Part shown: in pieces, positions 55,695 to 64,000 of the stretch | Layout: each line of letters begins with the position of its first letter | Position numbering within the stretch: the first letter of the stretch is position 1 | DNA from: an uncultured Bacillota bacterium | Lineage (GTDB): Bacteria > Bacillota_I > Bacilli_A > RFN20 > CAG-826 | Length of the DNA stretch: 64,000 bases | Direction of reading: 5' to 3' | NCBI GenBank assembly: GCA_949299565.1 | Contig: OX437086.1 | Location: forward strand, 102,919-166,918 | Translations under genes and position numbers: made by a program | Notes under the pieces: generated by a model | Database searches by the model: none | What the model saw: the letters and a program-made list of their open reading frames with translations, nothing else | What the model was told of the DNA's origin: nothing

Positions 55695-57458
55695 ATGAAA
55701 GTTAAGGAATTGCCATCTTTAAAAAAGCGCAGCAAGAAAGTTTATGTATTTTTAGTTCTATACAGCATTCTCAGCCTTTTTATTGTCGTTGAATCAGCGT
55801 TGCCAGGCAGTGTCAGCGGGGCTCAATCTGGATTTTTCAGCGATATCATCGCGTATATCATCAATATTTTTACAGGTGGCCAGACGCCTTCTTTAGTAGA
55901 GCCAGAAACAATTGTTCTTGAAAGCGATTCTTCTTATTTAGGAGAGGGAAAAATCGCTTTGGGGTCCTCTTCACGTTTAACCTTTCGAATTGAATATCCA
56001 GAGGCCGATTCCTATCGACAAGATTTTGAAATTGAGCGAATAAAGGGAGGAGAAGGCGAATATCAACTTACGATCGGAAGCGCCGTTTTAGATAACAATT
56101 TACTTTATCAAACAGTTAATGTTATTGGACTAGAGGTTGGCGAATATCAATTCAATTTTCGAATGAATGAAGAACTGTTCTTGCCCTACTCTTTTTCTGT
56201 TGTTGATTTACCTGCTCCGGAAGATTTTGTCATCGGTGAAGTTCCAAATACCTTGAGCGTTGGCGAATCTTGTTACATTCCTCTTTATTTAACTGATCCG
56301 GACAACAAATTATCCGGCCGTTTAGACACGGAAAATATGAACGAAGAAGAAAGAAAAATTGCAGTTGATCACTATTTAAGAAGAATCTATGATCCGGAGA
56401 AATTAGATTCCCATATTCCTTCAGGGCTTTCTTTAACAAATGATGGAATTTTAACAGCAACGCAAAGCGGAACTTATAAATGCTGGATCGGTGATGAGAC
56501 TCATTCTTTTATAGTGAACGTAATAGATGACGGCATTGTTTCAGTTCCAACTGACTTCTCTTTAGAAACTAGCGGAAGAGCTTATCTTAATGATTACGAC
56601 TATTATTTAGAGGATGATTTTTATGGTTTCCGTCTTGATGGCGTCTTCTCTAATTCTTCTGATAATCAATTCGTCTCGTTCACGATTAAAAATGATGATA
56701 ATTCGTATGGACAATTAAGAAGAATCGACGCAAATTCTGTATATGTTTTAGGATATCGAAAATTAGGAACTATCGTTATTGAAGCCAGCAGTCCTTTAGA
56801 TTCATCAATTAAACATACAATTGAAGTGCAAGTAGAAGAGGCAATGCCTGAAAGTTTTTCTCTAAATATCGGATCTGAAGCAAATTTAGAAGTCGGCTCC
56901 TATCTTCGGGTGAATGGACTATTCTCTCCGCTTCAAACTGCTAATCGAGGATTAACCATAAGCGAAAATACTAACCCGGAAGTCGTTAGTATCAGCGGCA
57001 ATTCTTCTTCCACCATCACCATTAGAGGAGAAAAAGAAGGGACAACAACTTTAACTTTTATAAGCGCAGCCAATCCTTCTTTGAGCGCTAGGCTCACGCT
57101 AAATATAGAAAGCAGACACGTTATAAACGATGATAACGCCTCGTCGTTTCACCAATCGTTGAGGAAATTTATCGGCCATTTCTCACTTTTTGCCATTGAT
57201 GCTATCTTTGGTTTCTTCTTTTTCTTTTACTACTTAGAAGGCGATAAACGGCGTTGGTGGCTAACTCTTGCATCCGTATTGTTCCTCTCACTATTTATGG
57301 CAGGACTCACTGAATTATTACAGTTATTAGTGCCTGAACGTGGTCCTTCTTTCTACGATGCAGGTATCGACTTCCTTGGAGCTGTCTGTGGTTTAGTTTT
57401 AATTTTCTTAATTTATCTACTTATCTATTACATAAGAAGGAAAAAAGAGAAAAAGTAA
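55695..57458 (+). CDS. Membrane protein with extracellular Ig-like (BIG2-type) region and C-terminal VanZ-like domain
   Basis: N-terminal TM, about 430-aa beta-rich region (..GTTTLTFISAANPS..), C-terminal TMs with VanZ-like motif LTELLQLLVPERGPSFYDAGIDFLGAVCG. Confidence 0.45.
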   Translation: MKVKELPSLKKRSKKVYVFLVLYSILSLFIVVESALPGSVSGAQSGFFSDIIAYIINIFTGGQTPSLVEPETIVLESDSSYLGEGKIALGSSSRLTFRIEYPEADSYRQDFEIERIKGGEGEYQLTIGSAVLDNNLLYQTVNVIGLEVGEYQFNFRMNEELFLPYSFSVVDLPAPEDFVIGEVPNTLSVGESCYIPLYLTDPDNKLSGRLDTENMNEEERKIAVDHYLRRIYDPEKLDSHIPSGLSLTNDGILTATQSGTYKCWIGDETHSFIVNVIDDGIVSVPTDFSLETSGRAYLNDYDYYLEDDFYGFRLDGVFSNSSDNQFVSFTIKNDDNSYGQLRRIDANSVYVLGYRKLGTIVIEASSPLDSSIKHTIEVQVEEAMPESFSLNIGSEANLEVGSYLRVNGLFSPLQTANRGLTISENTNPEVVSISGNSSSTITIRGEKEGTTTLTFISAANPSLSARLTLNIESRHVINDDNASSFHQSLRKFIGHFSLFAIDAIFGFFFFFYYLEGDKRRWWLTLASVLFLSLFMAGLTELLQLLVPERGPSFYDAGIDFLGAVCGLVLIFLIYLLIYYIRRKKEKK

Positions 57459-57464
57459 AGAAGG

Positions 57465-58628
57465 TTATTTCTCAATTTTCTTCTTCGTTATTCTAAAGGT
57501 GATTTCCACCATTAAAAGCATTAAGACCATGAATGCCAAAAGATAAAGCGGAAGGAAAGAAAAACCGATTAAATTCGCTAAAAGACCGAAAAGAGGCGAA
57601 ATAAACGTCGTTCCCACATAAGCGCTGGCCATTTGAATGCCGATTATGGTTTCCGAATTTTCTTGACCAAAGTTTTTCGGAGTTGCATGGATGATGGAAG
57701 GATAAATAGGTGCGCACCCAAGTCCAATTATGACAAAGCCAGAAGAAGCAAGAATCAAAGAATCAAATGGTAAAAGCAAAATGATCACACCAATTATGGC
57801 AATGAGGCTGCCAAATAGAATCATTTTATGGTCTCCTAATTTGTTAGCAACGAAACCGCTGATAAATCTGCCACCAGTAATCCCAATATAAAATAAGGAG
57901 GCTAATTGAGCGGCATTCTCAATTGTTGCCCCCTTCACTTCAACAAAATAGGTGCTAGCCCACTGCATGGCTGTCGCTTCAGCTGCACAATAAGCGAAAA
58001 AGCCAATCAAAAGAAATAAAACTCCTTTGATTTTTAAAGCTGACAAAAGTCCTACGCTTTTCTTTTTTTCTTCTTTTTCCTTTTTATTAACTTTCCAAAC
58101 AGGAAGCGTGGCTAAAAGAAAAATCCCTATTCCTAATTGAATAAATCCGACAATGCGATAACCGCTGTTCCAATTCAAATTCTCGAGTGAATAGCCCATG
58201 ATAAAGGGACTTATAATCGCTCCCAGACCCCAAAAGCAATGAAGCCAACTCATGTGGCGCGATGAATAATGAAGAGCGACATAATTGTTCAAAGCTGCAT
58301 CAACCGCCCCGGCCCCTAAGCCATACGGGATGGCAAAAACAATTAGCATCCAGAATTCATTGGCGAACGAAAAACCAAAAAGAGCTAATGCGGTGAGAAA
58401 AACACTGACGACAGTCACGATCCTTGTGCCAAATCTATTGATCAATTTGCTGGAAAAAAGGCTTGAGACAATTGTTCCTCCGGAAATAACCATTGAAACA
58501 ATGCCCATGAATGAAGAAGAAACACCTAAATCTACACTCATGGCAGGCCATCCAGAGCCTAATAAAGAGTCGGGAAGCCCAAGACTTAAGAAAGATAGAT
58601 AGATTATGACGAGCAAAAAAGAATACAT
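57465..58628 (-). CDS. MFS transporter
   Basis: 12-TM protein, 387 aa, with MFS-like loop motif (..GRFISGFVANKLGD..). Confidence 0.7.
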   Translation of the reverse strand: MYSFLLVIIYLSFLSLGLPDSLLGSGWPAMSVDLGVSSSFMGIVSMVISGGTIVSSLFSSKLINRFGTRIVTVVSVFLTALALFGFSFANEFWMLIVFAIPYGLGAGAVDAALNNYVALHYSSRHMSWLHCFWGLGAIISPFIMGYSLENLNWNSGYRIVGFIQLGIGIFLLATLPVWKVNKKEKEEKKKSVGLLSALKIKGVLFLLIGFFAYCAAEATAMQWASTYFVEVKGATIENAAQLASLFYIGITGGRFISGFVANKLGDHKMILFGSLIAIIGVIILLLPFDSLILASSGFVIIGLGCAPIYPSIIHATPKNFGQENSETIIGIQMASAYVGTTFISPLFGLLANLIGFSFLPLYLLAFMVLMLLMVEITFRITKKKIEK

Positions 58629-58732
58629 AGGCCGGTGACATTATAACTATTTGTATTCTAGATAGGCAGATAACTATCCAGCGTCAAATTATCTAACGCA
58701 TATTTTTATATCGCCCAACTCAATTAAATAAA

Positions 58733-59170
58733 TCATTTGGGCGTAACAAGCTTTTTATCAACTTTTAACCTAATGGCATTGGATGTTGAAATAGTCATGT
58801 CATAGGAATGTTCTGGAGAATCGTAATCTAAGTAAATTGTGACAAACGAGGAAAACGTATTGTGCTCATCAACAATTTCTCCGTCCACGATTAAATAGTG
58901 GTGATACCACCCGGCATACCCAACAACTGCAACGCCATCAACATCGTATTCTCTTAGCCGCAAAAACAATGATCCAATAGCCAAAAAAACCGAAACAACA
59001 GAAACAATGGAATTGATATAAATAATAATCGGAGAAATAAAAATCGTGACTTCATTGTCTGAATTAATAAGAATAAGCAAAATAGAAAAAGTCAAAGTGC
59101 TAAAGATAAAAATAAGCCAATATAAAGCGCGATTAAGTTCGATAAATGTTCTAAGATTTTTTACATTCAC
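58733..59170 (-). CDS. Hypothetical small membrane protein
   Basis: 145 aa, two N-terminal TM helices and a small C-terminal domain. Confidence 0.4.
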   Translation of the reverse strand: MNVKNLRTFIELNRALYWLIFIFSTLTFSILLILINSDNEVTIFISPIIIYINSIVSVVSVFLAIGSLFLRLREYDVDGVAVVGYAGWYHHYLIVDGEIVDEHNTFSSFVTIYLDYDSPEHSYDMTISTSNAIRLKVDKKLVTPK

Positions 59171-59310
59171 TTTAACGCTTCCTGTCTTTCATTTTATTGT
59201 ACCCCCACGAAAATAACAACTGAATTCAGGCTTTGCTGTTAATAAAACGAAAAAGCAACGCGCTGGGCGTGCTTTCATAATCATCAAAGCCTTTTAAAAG
59301 TACTTTAAAA

Positions 59311-60696
59311 CTATTGCGGCAACTTCCGTTTCAATGCCACCAATGTTTCAACATGATGCGTGTACGGGAACATATCAAAAGGCTGAACAAGATCAACATC
59401 ATATTTTTCTAAGAGACTCACTAAATCACGCCCAAGCGTTTTAGGATCGCAAGAAACATAAATTACCTTTTCAGGCATAAGAGTCAAAACGGCTTTTAGA
59501 AACTCTTCCGTTGTTCCTTTTCTTGGCGGGTCTAAGATAATCGCACCATAATTTGCTTTCTTCTGCGTTTCTTTCATGATGAATTCTGTGGAATCCATGA
59601 CAAACGGCGAGAAAGAGGAAATTCCGTTAATTTGAGCTGCATATTTTGCGTCCGCCACTGCCTCTTCCATGATTTCAACCGCGATGACATTATGCCCTTC
59701 AGAAGCTAAGGAAAGGCCGATTGTTCCAATCCCGGAATATGCATCAAGTATTTTCTTTCCCTTGATATCCTCTACTTCTTTTAACAATGAATTCACCAAA
59801 AGTTCCGCGACCGCATGATTAGTCTGAAAAAAAGATTGAGGAGAAAGACGGAACTTTAAACCATGAAAATCCTCATCGAGATATCCTTTGCCCCAAAGAC
59901 ATTTATTTGTTTTGCCTAAAACAACATTTGTCTTTTGGTCATTAAGATTTAAAAGACATGTTTCAATGTCTTTGTCTTTTTTTAATTCGCTGATGAATTG
60001 TTCAGGCAAACGATAAGATAAATCATTAACCACCAAAACAAGCATCGCTTTGTTTCGGCTGGAGATGCGCACCAAAGCGTGCCTTAAATATCCAGTTCCA
60101 TTTTCTTCATCATATGGAGCAATTCGATACTTATTTACTAAATAATTCAGAGATTTTAAGATGCGTTTCGCCAACGCCATTTCAGTAACGCAATTTTCAT
60201 TTTCGATAATTTCATGCGTGTTTTCGCGGTAAAAACCTGAAATTGCTTTTCGGCGATAACGATCATAGCCAAATGGAACTTGAATTTTGTTGCGGCCAAC
60301 TGTATTTGGAGCAGAAACAACATCTTTCACATCAAAATGCCTTGAGGTATGAAAGAAAAGTTGTTCTTCAACCACTCTCTTTTTAAAGAGCAATTGCTCA
60401 TCGTATGAAAGGCCGTCGAGCGAGCAGCCGCCGCAAGCATTATGAACCGGACAAAGAGGAGGAACGCGTTTTTCGCTCATCTTAAAAAGATGTTTGATTT
60501 TCCCGTAATAAAGACCATTTCGCTTATAAAGAACTTCAACGTCAGCTTCTTCGCCGACAAAAAGCCCTTTAACAAGTATCTTTTCTTTTTCAGGCGTCAA
60601 CAAAACGCCCTTCCCTTCAAAAGAAAGGGAACTACAAACGCCGTGATAGAACTTTAAGTCGCGCTCTTTCTTCATCTTAGGCAGCGGCTTTTGCAT
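59311..60696 (-). CDS. rlmD: 23S rRNA (uracil-C5)-methyltransferase, RlmD/RumA family
   Basis: TRAM domain, Fe-S cysteines (CPVHNACGGCSLDG), SAM-MTase motifs and DPPRKG. Possible alternative start at 60675. Confidence 0.8.
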   Translation of the reverse strand: MQKPLPKMKKERDLKFYHGVCSSLSFEGKGVLLTPEKEKILVKGLFVGEEADVEVLYKRNGLYYGKIKHLFKMSEKRVPPLCPVHNACGGCSLDGLSYDEQLLFKKRVVEEQLFFHTSRHFDVKDVVSAPNTVGRNKIQVPFGYDRYRRKAISGFYRENTHEIIENENCVTEMALAKRILKSLNYLVNKYRIAPYDEENGTGYLRHALVRISSRNKAMLVLVVNDLSYRLPEQFISELKKDKDIETCLLNLNDQKTNVVLGKTNKCLWGKGYLDEDFHGLKFRLSPQSFFQTNHAVAELLVNSLLKEVEDIKGKKILDAYSGIGTIGLSLASEGHNVIAVEIMEEAVADAKYAAQINGISSFSPFVMDSTEFIMKETQKKANYGAIILDPPRKGTTEEFLKAVLTLMPEKVIYVSCDPKTLGRDLVSLLEKYDVDLVQPFDMFPYTHHVETLVALKRKLPQ

Positions 60697-62290
60697 GAGG
60701 CACCAGCATTATGTTTTTAATGTAATCAATTTCTTTTGCAGTTTCTAAACGCGGAAACAATGGATTGCCCTTCTTGATTTGTAAGCCGGACAAAACACCA
60801 ATTTGCTTTAAATTCTCAAATTTTTGAAATTCGTCAGAAACTCCTAATTGTTCTAAAAGCTCTGGCGCTTTGGTTACAAGAACCGGCGAAAGAAGTAGAC
60901 CCGCTACAAAAAGAACATGCGCCACTAAAGACAAACAAGTTTCAAGTTCTTCTTTTTTCGTTTCATCTTTTGCCAAGGACCAAGGAGCTGATTCGGCTAA
61001 ATATTTATTGCCGGCATCGACTAAAGCCATGACGATCGCTTGCGCTTCACTGAGTTTTAAACTATCCATCAAGCTTTCGTATTTATCGATGGTGCTGGAA
61101 ATCAAGGAAATCAGTTGGCTATCCAATTCGTTATGCGCACCAGAAAATTGCGGAATAATCCCCGCAAAATATTTATCGATCATCGCTAAACTACGATTTA
61201 ACAGGTTCCCGAGACTATTAGCCAAATCAGCGTTAATCCGCTCTACAAATTGTTCTGGAGTAAATTCGCCATCCTGTCCAAAAACAATTTCACGGGCTAA
61301 ATACCAGCGGACGGCATCGACGCCATAACGCTCAACCATCGGTACTGGCGGAATCACGTTTCCTTTGCTTTTTGACATCTTGCCTTCTTTTGTCATCATC
61401 AGGCCATGCACGAAAATCGTATTTGGTTCTCTCAAATTCAAGGCCTTCAAAAACATCGGCCAATAGATAACATGGAAACGCGTAATGTCCGCGCCTATTA
61501 AATGGACGATCTCAGTATCGGGATCATTCCAAAATTTTTGGAAAAGGCTGTCATCTTTTTGTCGGTAGCCTAAGGCACTTAAATAATTTGCAAGAGCGTC
61601 AAGCCAAACGTAGATAACGTGTCCTGGTGCTTCTTTAATCGGAATTCCCCAATCAAAGCTTGTGCGTGTCACGCAAAGATCGCTTAAGCCCGGTTTGATG
61701 AAATTATTAATCATCTCAGTTTTACGGCCCTCAGGAACAACAAACATGGGGTGTTCTTTGTAATAATCTAAGAGAAAGTCTACATATTTTTGGCATCGGA
61801 AAAAATAAGCGCCTTCTTTTTTCTCTTCAACTGGTCGATGGCATTCAGGGCAAAGATGCCCGTCTAAAAGTTGCGTTTCCGCCCAATAAGTCTCTTCGTG
61901 AACACAATACCAGCCCTTATATTCTGAAAGATAAACATCGCCTTGCTTTAAAAAATCAGAAAAAATAGATTGAACAGTTTCAACATGTCTTTTTTCTGTT
62001 GTTCTAATAAAATCATCATTTGAAATTTTAAGCAATGACCAGAGGTTTTTGAATTCTTTCGCTTCTTCGTCCACGAATGCTTGCGGAGTCATTCCTTGCG
62101 CCATCGCGTTTTTTGCAATCTTTTCTCCGTGTTCGTCTAATCCAGTTAGGAAAAATGTTTCATAGCCCCTCAAGGCTTTGCTGCGCTTAAGAATGTCCGC
62201 CATGACTGTACAATAACCATGTCCTAAATGTGGAGCGGCGCTCGGGTAATAAATGGGTGTGGTGATATAGAACTTTTTCTTTTGAGACAT
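60677..62290 (-). CDS. metG: Methionine--tRNA ligase, short form without C-terminal tRNA-binding domain
   Basis: HIGH motif variant (PHLGHGY) and KMSKS. Start refined to ATG 62290 (GAGG 8 nt upstream). Candidate extended -10 TGcTACAAT upstream. Confidence 0.9.
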   Translation of the reverse strand: MSQKKKFYITTPIYYPSAAPHLGHGYCTVMADILKRSKALRGYETFFLTGLDEHGEKIAKNAMAQGMTPQAFVDEEAKEFKNLWSLLKISNDDFIRTTEKRHVETVQSIFSDFLKQGDVYLSEYKGWYCVHEETYWAETQLLDGHLCPECHRPVEEKKEGAYFFRCQKYVDFLLDYYKEHPMFVVPEGRKTEMINNFIKPGLSDLCVTRTSFDWGIPIKEAPGHVIYVWLDALANYLSALGYRQKDDSLFQKFWNDPDTEIVHLIGADITRFHVIYWPMFLKALNLREPNTIFVHGLMMTKEGKMSKSKGNVIPPVPMVERYGVDAVRWYLAREIVFGQDGEFTPEQFVERINADLANSLGNLLNRSLAMIDKYFAGIIPQFSGAHNELDSQLISLISSTIDKYESLMDSLKLSEAQAIVMALVDAGNKYLAESAPWSLAKDETKKEELETCLSLVAHVLFVAGLLLSPVLVTKAPELLEQLGVSDEFQKFENLKQIGVLSGLQIKKGNPLFPRLETAKEIDYIKNIMLVPHAKAAA

Positions 62291-62340
62291 CGTAAAACCT
62301 CGTGGAAATTGTAGCATCATATAGAAATTATTTTAATAAA

Positions 62341-62360
62341 AGAAAACCGCCTCTCGGCGG
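62341..62360 (-). terminator. Rho-independent terminator after rpmE
   Basis: Minus strand CCGCC-GAGA-GGCGG followed by UUUUCUUUUAUU. Confidence 0.6.
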
Positions 62361-62371
62361 TAAATCTTCTC

Positions 62372-62617
62372 TTACTTTTTATGAGCTTTAGCAAGCTTCC
62401 GATTAAATTTATCAATCGTGCCATCAGCCATAACAGTCCGTTGCTTACCAGTATAGAACGGGTGGCAGTTGCTGCAGGTATCGACTTTGATCTCATTGAG
62501 GACTGAACCGGTTTTGAAGGTATTGCCGCAAGAGACGCAAGTCACTGTGCACTCATGATATTCCGGATGAATATCTTTTTTCATTTCCAACTCCTTTCGC
62601 CTTATGAATATATTCAT
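62372..62617 (-). CDS. rpmE: 50S ribosomal protein L31 (zinc-ribbon type A)
   Basis: MKKDIHPEYHE..CVSCGNTF...CSNCHPFYTGKQ. RBS AAAGGAG. Confidence 0.9.
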   Translation of the reverse strand: MNIFIRRKELEMKKDIHPEYHECTVTCVSCGNTFKTGSVLNEIKVDTCSNCHPFYTGKQRTVMADGTIDKFNRKLAKAHKK

Positions 62618-62633
62618 AAAGAGAGCGGCTCTA

Positions 62634-62651
62634 ATTTACATGAATCTCTAT
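62634..62651. promoter_or_regulatory. Perfect 18-bp palindrome TTATGAATATATTCATAA in the rpmE 5' leader
   Basis: Sits between a candidate promoter (TTGCAA-N17-TAAATT on the minus strand) and the rpmE RBS. Either an operator or a leader RNA hairpin. Confidence 0.35.
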
Positions 62652-62670
62652 TTATTTGCAATGAAAGTTT

Positions 62671-63996
62671 TTAGTTTCTTTGATCTTCTTCCTCTTCTTC
62701 CTTCTTTCGGTAAACAGCCAGTTTCTCAACTGTTTGATTAGGCCCGAGGGACAATACTTTCAATTCTAGATTTTCAAATTCGATGACGCTTCCAACATCC
62801 GCGAAATGATCGTCCAAAAGTTCGATGCAATATCCGCCAATCGTATTGTACTCGGTATCAATTTCTTCAAAATTCAAATTGAAGAAGGAGCAAAAATCTT
62901 CTAACGAAAGTCCGCCATCAACGATATAACTTCCATCGCTCCGCTTGCTGAACATTGTTTCGCGTTCATCGTTCTCATCATAAATTTCGCCAACAATTTC
63001 TTCGATTATGTCTTCTTTAGAAATAAGGCCTTCAACTCCCCCATATTCGTCGATGACGAGAGCCAAATGTTCTTTTTCATCGCGGAAAGTTTTCAAAATA
63101 TCGTTGACTTCGCTCGAACGCGGAAAGCGCAAAAGTGGATGTAAGAGCCTGTCGATGACGATTGGCCGTTTGTTTAAGTGTAGAAGCATCAAATCTTTCG
63201 TCAGAATATAACCTTTAATGTCGTCAATTGTTCCTTGGTAAACAGGCAAACGACTATAAGAAAGCAAATCGGAATTTTCTAAAATCTTCTCAACATCTTC
63301 ATCATAATCAATGGCCATAATGTCAACGCGAGGCGTCATCACTTCATACGCTTCTGTATGGGTATAACGAATTGTTTCATGAAGAATTGTCGCCCGATGT
63401 TCATCAACTACGCCTTGCGTTTTGATCGCGTCGACCATCGCATGCAAATCATCCTCAGAGATTTGAATTTCCTTGATGCTCTTCGTTAGAGGCCAAGACA
63501 CCACTTTTCCAAAGGTCGAAACCAAATATGTAATCGGCAAGAAAATGTAGCCTAAAATATTGATTACCGGCGCATATAAAATGGAAAGTTTCAAATTCTT
63601 AATTTTCCCATAGGATTTTGCAAGGATTTCTCCAAATGTAATCTTGACTATTAAACAAATCATCGAAGCGACAAAACCCCACAGTTCCGCTTGAGAATTT
63701 CCTGCTCCTAAAGCAAGGCTCGCCAATGTTACGCCTAAAAGAGTCGATACCGAGTCAAGCCCGGCATTGACTGTGTCGTTAAGCAAGAGGATTGTAGAAA
63801 TTGTTTTATCATATCCTTTGCTTAATTTGATGGCGGTTTTGACCGATTTTCGTTCACGAACTGCCAATTCGTTCTCTAATTTAAAAAGCGGAACAGAGCC
63901 ATAAACCATATCTGAGCTAGAGAAAAAGAAAGAAAGACCTAAAAGAATGACAAGGACAATAGAATAAACAATCGTGAGAATAATATCCCCGCTCAT
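62671..63996 (-). CDS. HlyC/CorC-family transporter (DUF21-CBS pair-CorC_HlyC)
   Basis: N-terminal 4-TM DUF21, tandem CBS domains, C-terminal CorC/HlyC transporter-associated domain. 441 aa. Confidence 0.75.
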   Translation of the reverse strand: MSGDIILTIVYSIVLVILLGLSFFFSSSDMVYGSVPLFKLENELAVRERKSVKTAIKLSKGYDKTISTILLLNDTVNAGLDSVSTLLGVTLASLALGAGNSQAELWGFVASMICLIVKITFGEILAKSYGKIKNLKLSILYAPVINILGYIFLPITYLVSTFGKVVSWPLTKSIKEIQISEDDLHAMVDAIKTQGVVDEHRATILHETIRYTHTEAYEVMTPRVDIMAIDYDEDVEKILENSDLLSYSRLPVYQGTIDDIKGYILTKDLMLLHLNKRPIVIDRLLHPLLRFPRSSEVNDILKTFRDEKEHLALVIDEYGGVEGLISKEDIIEEIVGEIYDENDERETMFSKRSDGSYIVDGGLSLEDFCSFFNLNFEEIDTEYNTIGGYCIELLDDHFADVGSVIEFENLELKVLSLGPNQTVEKLAVYRKKEEEEEDQRN

Positions 63997-64000
63997 AATT

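Noticed and set aside
58711-58742. Inverted repeat CGCCCAA...TTGGGCG at the end of the 58733 gene
   Set aside because: Half of the stem is coding and no U-tract follows. A weak candidate only.
59238-59276. Imperfect hairpin plus U-run downstream of rlmD
   Set aside because: The stem has a bulge or mismatches. Plausible terminator, but not clean enough to annotate.
1-64000. Mobile elements, prophage, CRISPR, rRNA and tRNA genes
   Set aside because: No transposase or integrase motifs, no direct-repeat arrays, no cloverleaf-like or rRNA-like non-coding spans. Intergenic space is too short everywhere except 42713-43028.

Overview
Both strands of this 64 kb window are densely coding, with no rRNA, tRNA, CRISPR array, transposase or integrase visible. 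The organism appears to be a low-GC Gram-positive or Mollicutes-related bacterium (Acholeplasma- or Erysipelotrichia-like) that uses the standard code, since TGA serves as a stop in the ATGA overlap at 8295-8298. Most of the window is housekeeping: a secA fragment, comFA-comFC, the prfA-prmC-tsaC-rpiB operon, dnaX-ybaB-recR-tmk-holB-ricT-rsmI, rlmD-metG and rpmE. The accessory-looking content is a Mollicutes-style oppABCDF operon with greatly enlarged subunits, co-transcribed with and flanked by two paralogous M6-type lipoprotein zinc metalloproteases, plus several lipoproteins with Ser/Gly-rich linkers. There is also a compact two-gene arginine-to-putrescine module in which a SpeA-type arginine decarboxylase is fused to an agmatine deiminase and is followed by N-carbamoylputrescine amidase. 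HrcA/CIRCE operators lie upstream of an N-domain-less clpB (one site) and of hsp20 (two tandem sites). A TetR-regulated ABC exporter has two different ATPases and one large permease. A PIN-like 466-aa hypothetical protein sits next to a small acidic ORF that has its own promoter, ribosome-binding site and terminator. No defence or mobile system could be identified with confidence. The fusion enzyme, the PIN-like protein with the small ORF, and a degenerate NPWW ATPase-like protein are the most unusual items. All calls rest on motif recognition by eye and none was searched against a database.
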